Below, in pieces: positions 17,865 through 27,595 of a DNA stretch of 64,000 nt. Source of the stretch: a virus; the IMG/VR virus record IMGVR_UViG_3300046674_000373, positions 1-64,000 of that record; one strand, written 5' to 3'. Made by a program: the position numbers and the translations under genes. The notes beneath the pieces were generated by a model, which saw only the letters and a list, made by a program, of their open reading frames with translations, was not told the origin of the DNA and searched no databases. The stretch's first letter is position 1; each line of letters begins with the position of its first letter.

Positions 17865-18551
17865 ATGAACCCGAACGACACAAGCAAGGTGCTGGCCGAC
17901 ATCATCGGCATGGCTGAGGGCCGAATAAAAATATTTAGCGTCACGTTACACGAGGCGCGCGCGCTTGCGGACCGGGTGACCGCGCGCCGACCCGAGCGGC
18001 AGTTTGAGGTGAAGGGCGAGGACGGCAAGGCAGCGGTGCGGCGGCTGCCCAATCTGGAGCAAGCGGCGCAGCGCGCCCAGCGCGGTCGACCGGCGCTGTA
18101 CGACTTCGGCGACATGGAGGTCGGCGAGACGCGCACGATCGAGCTGCCCGTCGATCAGCACCAGGTGGTGCGCAATGCCGTCAAGCGCGTCCGTGACCGC
18201 AAAGGGTGGGACGTGGTCGCCAAGGCCAGCGGCGCGCGCGTCATCGTGCAGCGCGTTGGCCCGGGCAATCCGCCGGTGCCGGTCGGGCCAGTGCGCGGCT
18301 ACGGCATGGGCGCGCTTCAGCCGGGCCAGCACATTGATATTCCATCGAGCCCCGACCTGGTCGTGGCGAACGTGCGGCGCCGCGCCACCTATTACAGCCG
18401 CAAGATCGGTGCGCGCCTCACGGTCACAGTTAACGAGCTGGGCGGCTGCCGCATCACGCGCAGCACCACGCCAGCCACGGCCAGCGCAAAGCCGACCCCG
18501 CGCGTTCGGACCATCCCCCAGCTGTCCACATTCGATGAAGAGGAGTTCTAA
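17865..18551 (+). CDS. repeat-domain putative DNA-binding protein
   Basis: GAGGAG RBS; repeated YDFGDMEVGE / YGMGALQPGQ modules. Confidence 0.65.
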   Translation: MNPNDTSKVLADIIGMAEGRIKIFSVTLHEARALADRVTARRPERQFEVKGEDGKAAVRRLPNLEQAAQRAQRGRPALYDFGDMEVGETRTIELPVDQHQVVRNAVKRVRDRKGWDVVAKASGARVIVQRVGPGNPPVPVGPVRGYGMGALQPGQHIDIPSSPDLVVANVRRRATYYSRKIGARLTVTVNELGGCRITRSTTPATASAKPTPRVRTIPQLSTFDEEEF

Positions 18552-18895
18552 TGGATAAAGTAATTTTCAAGCGCGGCCGGCCCGGTGAGGACCTGATCGA
18601 GTACCAGGGCAAGGTAGTGGGCGCGATCAACCGCGTCGGCAATGGCGGCCGGTACGACGTCGTCATCTATAAGCCGCGGCGCGAGCTGATCGTCTACAAC
18701 GCCGAGCAGGCCAGAGCGCGCGCAAAGCAGTCGGTCCTCTACCCCGAAAGCGACCACAAGGGAGGCTGGCGCTTCATCGATGAGCACCAGCCAGAGGTGC
18801 AGCCAGAGATCAGGCTGCGCTCGGGCCTGGTCATCGAGGAGTATGACCCGGTGAAGGAGGCGCAGGCGGAGCGCGATTACTTGGACAATCTCTAG
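18551..18895 (+). CDS. hypothetical protein
   Basis: TAATG coupling, RBS. Confidence 0.7.
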   Translation: MDKVIFKRGRPGEDLIEYQGKVVGAINRVGNGGRYDVVIYKPRRELIVYNAEQARARAKQSVLYPESDHKGGWRFIDEHQPEVQPEIRLRSGLVIEEYDPVKEAQAERDYLDNL

Positions 18896-18922
18896 TGGCT
18901 GGCAAGCAACACGTTAGGCATA

Positions 18923-18965
18923 TACATCAAAAATAATGCACACTACAGCAAATTTGATGTATTAT
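18923..18965 (+). promoter_or_regulatory. early promoter with tandem 18-bp operators
   Basis: Near-palindrome TACAGCAAATTTGATGTA at 18944-18961; -10 TATTAT. Confidence 0.65.
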
Positions 18966-19000
18966 TCAGTCATCGAGCAGCGCATAAGGCGCGGCGACAA

Positions 19001-19201
19001 ATGAAGGGGAAGATGATGAACATCAACGCATACACGGAATTCCAGAACATCAAGGTCGGCGAAAAGTTCATCGACGCGGACGGCTTCGAATACGAAAAGG
19101 TCAGCGCCGAAAAAGCACGCCACTTCGACGCTCGCTACATCAACGGCCACATGGACTACGAGTACAGCGCCGACGACCGCCTGCGCGTGCAGTCCGCCTA
19201 A
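19001..19201 (+). CDS. hypothetical protein
   Basis: First ORF after the promoter. Confidence 0.6.
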   Translation: MKGKMMNINAYTEFQNIKVGEKFIDADGFEYEKVSAEKARHFDARYINGHMDYEYSADDRLRVQSA

Positions 19202-19242
19202 CCCCACCCCGCCCGCTCCGGCGGGCTCTACTGGAGACCACC

Positions 19243-19473
19243 ATGGACACTGAGATCACCGGCCCTGCCCTCACCGAACAGCGCACCTTGACCGTCGCCA
19301 TCGGCCGGAGCAAGAAACCCGCGCGCACGTTGGCCAACGCCTCCCGCGCCTACCGCAACTACCTCGACGAGAAGGACCTCGGCGCGAGCGCTGAGCCGGG
19401 CTGCACGGTCTTCGACGCAGCTGGCGCCAAGGTCGCCACGGTCTCGTACAACGGCCGTGTCTGGGCTGCCTGA
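19243..19473 (+). CDS. hypothetical protein
   Basis: GGAG RBS; SYNGRVW motif. Confidence 0.7.
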   Translation: MDTEITGPALTEQRTLTVAIGRSKKPARTLANASRAYRNYLDEKDLGASAEPGCTVFDAAGAKVATVSYNGRVWAA

Positions 19474-19502
19474 CCCGCGTCGGGCCTCAACCAAGGATAA
19501 AA

Positions 19503-19697
19503 ATGAAAAATACCGCCGACCTGAAAGAACTGATCGCCACCGCCACCGCGCGCGGCGCCGACGTGCGCACCACCGAATTCGAAGGCGAGATTGCCTCAGT
19601 GCATGTCCTCCGCATGCCAGGCATCGACCCATTCCCGATGACAGCCACCGTCGCGGCCAAGTGCCTGCGCGAACGACTGGCCTGCGAGCCGGCCTAA
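19503..19697 (+). CDS. hypothetical protein
   Basis: AAGGA RBS. Confidence 0.6.
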   Translation: MKNTADLKELIATATARGADVRTTEFEGEIASVHVLRMPGIDPFPMTATVAAKCLRERLACEPA

Positions 19698-19857
19698 ACA
19701 CCATGAACGCCAAACACCTCCACGAGAATGGTGGCGCATTGATCGACCTCCTCTTGATCGTCCTTGGCTGCCTGTGCGTCTATGGCGCGATCGACCCCGA
19801 CGGCGCCGAGCAGCTGCTGCGCCACCTTCAACAAACTGCCTTGAGCATAGTGACCGC

Positions 19858-20295
19858 ATGAACCTCTACGATAAAATCCGCGCGGGCATCGAGACCCACG
19901 GCCACTTCGTGCTGACCATCTTCGGCACCGAGTCCGCGCCGCCCTTCGCCTACACCATCGGCCTGTCCGAGAAGTACGGCCACGAGATCGTGGTTATCGG
20001 CCTGCCGCCCGAGATCGGCCACCCGATCCTGAACAGCGCCGCGCGCCTGATGGCTGCCGGACAGCTGCCGCTGAACACGCCGCTGGTCGACATCGCCAGC
20101 ATGCCCGTCATCCTTCGCGAGTGCTCGCCTGAGCTCATGGGCGACTACGGCATCCAGGCGGGCCGCTACTACCAGCGCGACGACATCAAGTTCCTGCAGC
20201 TAGTGTGGCCTGACGCCGCTGGCCGGTTTCCCGAAGATCCGCAGTTCGACGCCCACATGCGCCGCGTGCAGCCGCTGCTGTACGTGCTTCAATAA
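19858..20295 (+). CDS. DUF4262-like protein
   Basis: FAYTIGL...QLVWPD..GRFP. Confidence 0.8.
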   Translation: MNLYDKIRAGIETHGHFVLTIFGTESAPPFAYTIGLSEKYGHEIVVIGLPPEIGHPILNSAARLMAAGQLPLNTPLVDIASMPVILRECSPELMGDYGIQAGRYYQRDDIKFLQLVWPDAAGRFPEDPQFDAHMRRVQPLLYVLQ

Positions 20296-20317
20296 CCACA
20301 ACTTACCCGGGAGGGGT

Positions 20318-20941
20318 ATGGACCATAACAAAATCGCAGCGGCGCAGAGCCGCATGACGGACAAGATCGCCGGCAATCTGACCGGCGAGGAGATCGCGGC
20401 CGCAGCCTTCGCTCAGTTCGGCATCGTGGCTGAGGACGCCGAGGTCGTCGCTTTCGCGCTGTGGCTGCTGGAGCAGAGCGGGCACGGCAAGCCGGTAGAG
20501 GCCGCAAGCACCGCCACAGCACCTCTCCAGCCGCACGAGACGTTGTCGGCGCACCTCAGCGACCGCCAGGTAGCCAAGATGAACGGATACCTGGTGGCGG
20601 CCTATGCCGCCCTGAGCCCCGTCTCCACCACTGACCAGCGCCTCACGGGGCGCCTATGCGTGCACAACGTCCAGCGCATGCTGCAAGGCGACACGGAACC
20701 CCGCTCCAGCGACCCGGCCAGCGCCTATACCGCGCGCACGGGCCGCTATCTGTCGCTCGAGGAGCGCATGGCGGAGCGTACACGGGCTGGCCGCCGCGAC
20801 ACCGGCATCATCACCGAGCAGTCGCCGATCCTGCACATCTTCGCCTGGCTCGACCGCAACCAGTGGGCCTGCTGGCTGGGCCTGGCGCTCTGCATCTTCG
20901 CCGTCGGCTATATCGAGGCGCACTCCGAGATCGGGCTGTAG
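20318..20941 (+). CDS. hypothetical protein with C-terminal TM helix
   Basis: GGAGG RBS. Confidence 0.65.
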   Translation: MDHNKIAAAQSRMTDKIAGNLTGEEIAAAAFAQFGIVAEDAEVVAFALWLLEQSGHGKPVEAASTATAPLQPHETLSAHLSDRQVAKMNGYLVAAYAALSPVSTTDQRLTGRLCVHNVQRMLQGDTEPRSSDPASAYTARTGRYLSLEERMAERTRAGRRDTGIITEQSPILHIFAWLDRNQWACWLGLALCIFAVGYIEAHSEIGL

Positions 20942-20987
20942 ATAAGCAACCGAGCCAGCCGGACGCTGGCAATATCCAAGGACAATA

Positions 20988-22595
20988 ATGGAAGCCATAA
21001 CTGCCCAAGAGACCCACATCCACGACTACGGCGACTTCGACGCCTTCGTCCGCGGCATCAGCGACCGCTTCGCCAGCATCGAAGGCCCGGTTTTCGAGAC
21101 CGACGCGACCGGCCTGTACGATGCCTACCTGAACAGCTTCACCGATCCTGCGGCACGCCAGTACCACACCTGCAGCTGCTGCAAGCAGTTCATCGAGCGC
21201 TTCGGCACGTTCGCCACCGTCAACGACGACGGCCACCTGGTCCCGATCTGGAACGCCGACGACGCGCCCGAGCACTACAAGGCCGGCGTCGAGGCCATGG
21301 CGCGCCTGGTCCGCCGCGCGTCGATCACCATGCCATTCCTGTCGAGCCTGACGATGTACGGTACGCCGGTGTCCGGCCGCCGCAGCGACGGCGACAGCTG
21401 GACCCACTTCGCAATCATGCCGCGCCCGGAGCGCGTCTACGCGGGCACCAGGCTGAGGACTGCCTACCAAGCCGCATGCGAGAAGCGCGAGGAGTTCGCG
21501 TCCGTGCGCCAGGCGCTGGGCGAGTACACCAGCGAGACCTGCAACACCGCGCGCCGCCTGCTGAACGACGACCTGCTGGGCAACAGCGAGGCTGCGCTGG
21601 GTCAGGCCAACTTCCTGTGCGACCTGCACGCCGCCCGCGACAGCGTCCAGGGCAGCCAGGCGAAGGACAACCTCGTCTACAACGCCGTTGCCCAGGCGCC
21701 GTCCGGCTTCTGCCACCCGCGCTCGAGCATGATCGCCACGCTGCTGGATGACATCGCCGCCGGGAAGAGCTTCGAACGGGCCCAGGCGGCTTGGAACGCG
21801 AAGATGCACCCGCTGCGCTACCAGCGTCCGCAGGCGGCGCCGACGGCCGGTAACATTGCCCAGGCCGAGAAGCTGTTCGCGCAGCTGGGCCTCGCCCCGG
21901 CGCTGGCGCGTCGCATCGCGCGCCTGGACGAGATCCCGAAGTTGTGGGAGCCGCGGCAGGAGCTGCCGGCCCAGCCGGAGGGCGGTGGCGTCTTCGGTCA
22001 CCTGACGCCCAAGGGCGCTGCGGCCGCGCCGGCCATGACCACGCCGGAGATCATGATCACGCTGGAGAAGTTCGTTCGTACGGTGGTCCCGACCGCGGAG
22101 AAAATCGAGGTGTTCCTCAGCGTGCGCATGCACTTCCTGACCATCACCACTGCGGTGGACCCACAGGCGCCGAAGCTGTTCCAGTGGGATCACCCGTTCG
22201 CCTGGTATGTGTGGCACGGCGGATCGATCCCGTCGCAGTACGGCCTGACCCCAGGCTGGGCGGCCGCAGCCGGCATCACGCGTTTGCCGTCACGTTGGGG
22301 TGACGAGAGCGAAGAGCGCTTCCAGCACCAGGGCGACGGCATCATCCTGCTGGTCGAGGGCGCGCGCGAGACGCGGCAGGCTGGCGCCGGGATATTCCCG
22401 CAGTGCCTGCGCTCGGACCTTCGCGAGGTGCGCGCCACGATCGAGGCATACTCGCGCGACGCCAAGATGCAGCGGCTGAGCGACGGGTCCGCGATCGGCA
22501 TCGACCTGCGCCAGGGCGGCAGCGGATACCCGGTCACCGTGCGCGTCACGGCAGATGGCCGGGCCCAGACGTACATGATCGACCGCTGGGATTGA
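20988..22595 (+). CDS. conserved phage hypothetical protein
   Basis: 535 aa; HTCSCCKQFI motif; RBS. Confidence 0.8.
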   Translation: MEAITAQETHIHDYGDFDAFVRGISDRFASIEGPVFETDATGLYDAYLNSFTDPAARQYHTCSCCKQFIERFGTFATVNDDGHLVPIWNADDAPEHYKAGVEAMARLVRRASITMPFLSSLTMYGTPVSGRRSDGDSWTHFAIMPRPERVYAGTRLRTAYQAACEKREEFASVRQALGEYTSETCNTARRLLNDDLLGNSEAALGQANFLCDLHAARDSVQGSQAKDNLVYNAVAQAPSGFCHPRSSMIATLLDDIAAGKSFERAQAAWNAKMHPLRYQRPQAAPTAGNIAQAEKLFAQLGLAPALARRIARLDEIPKLWEPRQELPAQPEGGGVFGHLTPKGAAAAPAMTTPEIMITLEKFVRTVVPTAEKIEVFLSVRMHFLTITTAVDPQAPKLFQWDHPFAWYVWHGGSIPSQYGLTPGWAAAAGITRLPSRWGDESEERFQHQGDGIILLVEGARETRQAGAGIFPQCLRSDLREVRATIEAYSRDAKMQRLSDGSAIGIDLRQGGSGYPVTVRVTADGRAQTYMIDRWD

Positions 22596-22655
22596 TTGTG
22601 CGCCAGTAATTAACAACGCCGCGTGTTGCAAAAGCCACGCGGTGTTTTCTATTAG

Positions 22656-22698
22656 TGCATCAAAATTATTTGCGAATACATCAAATTTGCTGGATAAT
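22656..22698 (+). promoter_or_regulatory. sigma70-like promoter with tandem operators
   Basis: TTGCGA-N17-GATAAT; TACATCAAATTTGCTGGA at 22677-22694. Confidence 0.7.
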
Positions 22699-22734
22699 TG
22701 CTTTACAGGTCCAGTCGGGCCGCCAACAAGGACA

Positions 22735-23412
22735 ATGATGAATGCGAAAGCATATCCCCAAGAGATGAACCGTTCGGTGCGCAGCCGGAACCTGCGCGAA
22801 GGCTTCTACCAGGGCATGCAGTCTGGGCACCACCGCCGCGGCGAGCGCCGCACCGCCCTCCGTCCCATTTGTCCCTACCTGGTCGACGAGAGCCGGTTCG
22901 GTGACGGCCCGTGGCTCGGGGAGCCGAGCAGTCTGCACTTTAAGACTGCCGAGGGCTTCGACGCGGTCATCCTGCGCGCCAGGCACAGCGGGGCGCTGCT
23001 GGGCTACGTCGGCGTGCCGGCCAGCCACCCGTGGCACGGGAAGCAGTACCACCACCGCGTCACCGCAACCCGCGAGCAACTGGAACAGCCCGTCGACACG
23101 GACAAGCTTAGCTTCATCTCGATGTTCACCCACGCATTGTCCGACCACGACAGCAATGAGGTAAGCATTGACTGCCTCATCCGCGTGCACGGCGGCCTGA
23201 CTTATTCGGACCGTGGTTATTCGAGGATCGGCGAGGATCCGCGCTACTGGTACTTCGGGTTCGACTGCGCGCATTACCGCGACCTGTGCCCGGCGTATCA
23301 AGGCTTCACGGGTGACGGCACCTATCGCGACATCGGCTACGTCAAGGCCGAGATCGCCGCTCTGTCGCGCCAGCTGGCCGCCGTCGTAGCGCGCGCCGAG
23401 GTCCCGGCATGA
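22735..23412 (+). CDS. conserved phage protein (HGGLT/GFDCAH family)
   Basis: GYVGVP..HP, VHGGLTY, FGFDCAH. Confidence 0.8.
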   Translation: MMNAKAYPQEMNRSVRSRNLREGFYQGMQSGHHRRGERRTALRPICPYLVDESRFGDGPWLGEPSSLHFKTAEGFDAVILRARHSGALLGYVGVPASHPWHGKQYHHRVTATREQLEQPVDTDKLSFISMFTHALSDHDSNEVSIDCLIRVHGGLTYSDRGYSRIGEDPRYWYFGFDCAHYRDLCPAYQGFTGDGTYRDIGYVKAEIAALSRQLAAVVARAEVPA

Positions 23413-23597
23413 AGGCGCTTTTCCAAGCCATCCACGACCTGCTCTTCCCACCCGCCGAGAAGATGCGGGCCAAGGCACTCACCGAAGCGCATCGCCTGCT
23501 CGAGCACTACACGCAAGCCCACGAGGAGTGCGAGGCGATGATCGGCCTGTACCAGAAGCGCATCGCGCGTCTGGACACTCTCCAGGAGCAGCCGTGA
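23409..23597 (+). CDS. hypothetical protein
   Basis: Coupled ORF. Confidence 0.6.
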   Translation: MKALFQAIHDLLFPPAEKMRAKALTEAHRLLEHYTQAHEECEAMIGLYQKRIARLDTLQEQP

Positions 23598-23682
23598 GCG
23601 ATTGCCTGGTCGACCTCCTATATGGTGCCGTGGCGGGCCTCATCGTCGCGGCTATCTTCCTTTACTTCCTCCCCTGACCACC

Positions 23683-24924
23683 ATGACCACTACCATTCGA
23701 AAAGACGGCGCGCCGACGCGCAGCCGGGCCGAGCTGCTGGAGTACCTCACCACCTGGATCGACGCGTCTACCTGGCCGGCCGTCTCCGCCGACGATCTGC
23801 GCGAGATCGTCGCTGCGCTCACTGGGCGCCCGTCGATCGAGCAGATCGAGGACCTGGCCGTACGCTGCGGCCTCGTCGGTAAGGGTATCCACGACAAGGT
23901 GATCGAGTTCGCTGACCTGGTGCGCGAGGCTGAGCCGCTTCCGCCTGGGGCACTCGCGCGTTCCGCGCCGCTCGTCGATGGCCGGCAGGACGCGCTCTAT
24001 CCGGGGTACGTGCTTCCCACCGGCAGCCAAGTGCATCCGGACATGGCGCTGCCGTCGATTCCGTCCAGCGGCACTAATGCCGCACAAGACAGCAGCGCCG
24101 ATTTTCACTTTCCGCAAAGTGCACCCGTTAGTACACCCACAAACGCAGCAGAGCAGTGCGAAACACCTACTGCTGCCAACGCGGATGGTTTGTCGTTCGC
24201 GGTCGAGGCGCTGGAACTGTGTGCGACCTGGATCGAGGGCATCACGCCGGAGCAGTTGGAACTGTGGCGCGAATCGAAAGTGGCTGAAATCCGCCGCGAT
24301 CTACGCAAGCTCTCAACCAACAGAACACCCGCTGAGAAAGCAGGCGGTCTGTCCGGCGAAGCCAGCCGCCAGAACATGGAACTGGTAATCGCGCGCCTTG
24401 AGCAGATATCAGGCAACTTCAGCACCGACTACCGCGAGGACGCCGCCCAGGCGCTGGTGTGCGCGCGCGCCGTGCGGGCGAAGCTGACTGACAGTCCTAC
24501 TGCTGCGGACGCAGTAGTTCAGGAACCTGAGCACATGAACACGCAGTCGTCGCGGGAATACCTGGTCAAGTTCATGGAGCAGCATTTCACCGACAAGACG
24601 TTCCACCGCTACATTCGCGGCGAAGCCACGCGCAACCACTTGGCGGGCGATTTTGCCTGGCAGCTGGCCCGCGCACTGCGCATGCTGCCAACGACTGCTG
24701 TGGGCGCAGTTGGTCGTGTGTACACCTACGCCAACCAGCCGCAAAACGGCCCAGCCTGGCAGTTCGGCGAAGCGGCAACACTTACGATGAAAAAGCCAGG
24801 CGGAGACTGGATCGATACCGGCCTGCAGCTGCTGCTGGAACTGCAAAACAAGGGCTATGGCATCGTGGAAGTGCCGGGACTGACGCGACCTACTGCCAAT
24901 GGCGCAGGAGGTCAGCATGGCTAA
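23683..24924 (+). CDS. mosaic hypothetical protein
   Basis: Long ORF in operon. Confidence 0.65.
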   Translation: MTTTIRKDGAPTRSRAELLEYLTTWIDASTWPAVSADDLREIVAALTGRPSIEQIEDLAVRCGLVGKGIHDKVIEFADLVREAEPLPPGALARSAPLVDGRQDALYPGYVLPTGSQVHPDMALPSIPSSGTNAAQDSSADFHFPQSAPVSTPTNAAEQCETPTAANADGLSFAVEALELCATWIEGITPEQLELWRESKVAEIRRDLRKLSTNRTPAEKAGGLSGEASRQNMELVIARLEQISGNFSTDYREDAAQALVCARAVRAKLTDSPTAADAVVQEPEHMNTQSSREYLVKFMEQHFTDKTFHRYIRGEATRNHLAGDFAWQLARALRMLPTTAVGAVGRVYTYANQPQNGPAWQFGEAATLTMKKPGGDWIDTGLQLLLELQNKGYGIVEVPGLTRPTANGAGGQHG

Positions 24925-25159
24925 ACAGGCGACCTACCTGCTGCGTAGCACGTTCGAAGGCGTGGCGTATTACCTCAATAATGTTTCCGCAAATGGCTGC
25001 AACGTCGAGTTCGACCGGCGCATAGACCACGCATGGCGTTTCACCGGAAAGGGGCGCGGCGACCTGATGAGGGACCACGGCCACATTCGCGGGCGTTGGG
25101 TTCTGCTGGACCGCGAGCAGAAGCGCAGAGCAGCCGCCCAGGAGGCAGGCGATCTATGA
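24917..25159 (+). CDS. hypothetical protein
   Basis: GGAGG RBS. Confidence 0.6.
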   Translation: MAKQATYLLRSTFEGVAYYLNNVSANGCNVEFDRRIDHAWRFTGKGRGDLMRDHGHIRGRWVLLDREQKRRAAAQEAGDL

Positions 25160-25341
25160 GCGCGACCGCGATCACCACGAAGCCGAACTGTTCGCGCTGC
25201 GACAAGCCGCTGACGCTGGAAGAAATGCACCACCTGGTCAACGGCGACGGCACCGCGCAGTGCAGCGAATGCGAAGGCGAATGGGTCGCCCAGGTGGCCG
25301 CCTGGCGGCGCGGCGAGCGGCCCGATTTCCCGCAGCGATAA
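25156..25341 (+). CDS. small zinc-finger protein
   Basis: CSRC...CSEC. Confidence 0.6.
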   Translation: MSATAITTKPNCSRCDKPLTLEEMHHLVNGDGTAQCSECEGEWVAQVAAWRRGERPDFPQR

Positions 25342-25386
25342 CCAACACACCAGCTGCCGGCTAGGCAGTACATACGAAGGACAACC

Positions 25387-26826
25387 ATGAACGACAAGAA
25401 CAACAGCAGCGCACCTCAACCATACTGCATGGGTATGGATTGCATATGCGATGGCTCAGCGTGCATCCCCACCGCCGAGCAGCCATCCACTCCCGCCGCC
25501 CGCGAGCTGGACGTGGAGGCCGAGCGCGTGCGCCACAACGATCAACTCGACGCACTGGAAGACTTGCGCAAGGCCGTCAAGGATGAGGTTAATGACGAAT
25601 GGCTACTCGCTTTCGTCACGCAATACCCTTTCGCCGCCCGTCGCGCATCCCACCCCGCACCTGAGCGTAGCGAAAAACTAGCAAGCGCACAGGAAGGGCA
25701 AGGCGGGCTGATGGTTCGCGAAGCAATCGAGCGCGCGCTGGAAGGCGTTCACATCGAAGACGGGACTGTTACCGCTTTTAATCGCGTAGTCGCGGACATC
25801 GAACGCGCCATCCTCTCCCGCCAGCCAGTGACCACGATGGGCAGCGTAGCGGAGGGCGATGACCGCCAGGCGATGAGCCACGCCGACATGCTGAGTCTGA
25901 GCGAAAAGAACCCGACACTTGCATCCGGTCTGCCGTTGCACGCCGCACCCCAGCCCCCAGCAGACAGTGCGCGCTTCGGGGAGAGCGTGGATACGCCGGA
26001 GTTCACGGCGCTGCTGATGGCGCACTCTGCCGAGTTCTACGCCTATACCGTTGAGCGCGACTCGCCGCGTGCCCATGATGCGTCCAACGCGAAGGTCAAG
26101 GAGGCCCGTGCAGCGCTCATCGCCTACCTCGACGCCAAGCTGGCACACGCACGCGCAGAGGGCCGCGAGTATCAGCGCAAGGTGGGCGAGAAGATCATCG
26201 AGCGTTTGCGCGCAGCAGGCGCAGGCCAGCCCGAATTGACCGTGTGGTACGGCCCCATGCCTGAGTCGAACGGCAAAAGCAACTTCACGGCGATCCTGCG
26301 GCGCAAAGATGGGTCCACGCTGGACGGCATGTCCAATAGTCACACCATCGCCCGGTCCGAGTACCCCGAACGTGTACGCTACGAGGCCGACCGGGTGCGA
26401 CACTTGATCGGTGAATTGGCCGAGCGCCCGCACATCCTCGACTACGACGCCGACAAGCACAGTGGCTACGTGGAACCAGTCCGCGCAGCAGGCGGTAGCG
26501 TGGAAGGCATCGACCTCGACAAGCTGATGCGCTTCAACATGCGGGGAAACCTTATGAACCCCGAGCGTTGGGGCCTCTACGTGCGCTTCTACGACGTTGA
26601 AGAACTCGTCGCCTCTCGCCGCTCTGCTGGAAGCGCACCAGCGGGAGAAGCGGTGCGGGATGGGTTGCGTGAGCGTGTGTTGGAAGCGTGGGCGAATTAC
26701 GAACGCATGGGAGAAGTCTGCTCGTTCGAGGGCCAACCTATGATCTACGCGAGCACTTTGGAAGAAATCGCAACCATCGCCGCCACCCCTAGCGCCACTG
26801 CCGAAGATGCAGGAGGTGGGCAATGA
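25387..26826 (+). CDS. mosaic hypothetical protein
   Basis: Contains WYGPMPESNGKSNFTAIL module. Confidence 0.7.
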   Translation: MNDKNNSSAPQPYCMGMDCICDGSACIPTAEQPSTPAARELDVEAERVRHNDQLDALEDLRKAVKDEVNDEWLLAFVTQYPFAARRASHPAPERSEKLASAQEGQGGLMVREAIERALEGVHIEDGTVTAFNRVVADIERAILSRQPVTTMGSVAEGDDRQAMSHADMLSLSEKNPTLASGLPLHAAPQPPADSARFGESVDTPEFTALLMAHSAEFYAYTVERDSPRAHDASNAKVKEARAALIAYLDAKLAHARAEGREYQRKVGEKIIERLRAAGAGQPELTVWYGPMPESNGKSNFTAILRRKDGSTLDGMSNSHTIARSEYPERVRYEADRVRHLIGELAERPHILDYDADKHSGYVEPVRAAGGSVEGIDLDKLMRFNMRGNLMNPERWGLYVRFYDVEELVASRRSAGSAPAGEAVRDGLRERVLEAWANYERMGEVCSFEGQPMIYASTLEEIATIAATPSATAEDAGGGQ

Positions 26827-27089
26827 ACAGCGAGAAAATCGCGCGCCTGCAAGATGCTGTGAAGCGCGTGCAGGATGAACTGGATGCCTGCCTTGCCGAC
26901 GAATTCCCGAAGGGGGCGCGGGTGGCTGTATTCCTGCGTCACGGCCAGCAGAACCCGACATGGGGCGAGGTGTTCGCCATCTGGAACGGCAACGTCCAGT
27001 TCAAGCTGGAAAATGCCAAGCCGCGCAGCAGCCGGCCCTACCGGATGGTCCAGCCGCAGCAGATCGTTGAAGTGCGAGGGGCCGCATGA
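26823..27089 (+). CDS. hypothetical protein
   Basis: Coupled ORF. Confidence 0.6.
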   Translation: MNSEKIARLQDAVKRVQDELDACLADEFPKGARVAVFLRHGQQNPTWGEVFAIWNGNVQFKLENAKPRSSRPYRMVQPQQIVEVRGAA

Positions 27090-27202
27090 CCGCGCTCGAT
27101 ATCGAAAAGGGAGATGCGAAGCTGGACCACGCTTGAGCCGCGCCAACGCGCCCGCTCACGCATGACGCGACAATGGAACCTCTTCTGTCGCTGGAGGTGT
27201 CC

Positions 27203-27595
27203 ATGCCGTTCGTCATCCCCGAAGCCCGCAGCCTGCAGGGACACCCGCTTGTGGGCAAGGGCGAGTGCGTCGAACTCATCAAGCAAATGGTGCCGGGCCT
27301 CATCGGGCATTCGACCGAGGACTGGCGCCCCGGCGCGCATGTGCTCGACACCGAGAACTTGCCGGTAGGGACCGCGATTGCAACGTTCGTCAATGGCCGC
27401 TTCCCGCGCCGTAACACCGGCCAGCACGCGGCCCTGTTCCTCGGCTATGCGGGTAAGGCGGCGCTGTGGGTCATGGACCAGTGGGCGCACGACGAGAACC
27501 GCCGGAAGGTATGGGCGCGGGTCATCCACCACGGCAGGCCGGGCGACACCCAGAGCAACAGCGCCGAGGCGTTCTACGTGATTGAGCTGAAATGA
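27203..27595 (+). CDS. Tae2-like (BPSL0067 family) peptidoglycan amidase effector
   Basis: GECVELIK, W..G, GTAIATF..G, GQHAALF, DQW, SNSAEAFYVIE; no signal peptide. Confidence 0.85.
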   Translation: MPFVIPEARSLQGHPLVGKGECVELIKQMVPGLIGHSTEDWRPGAHVLDTENLPVGTAIATFVNGRFPRRNTGQHAALFLGYAGKAALWVMDQWAHDENRRKVWARVIHHGRPGDTQSNSAEAFYVIELK

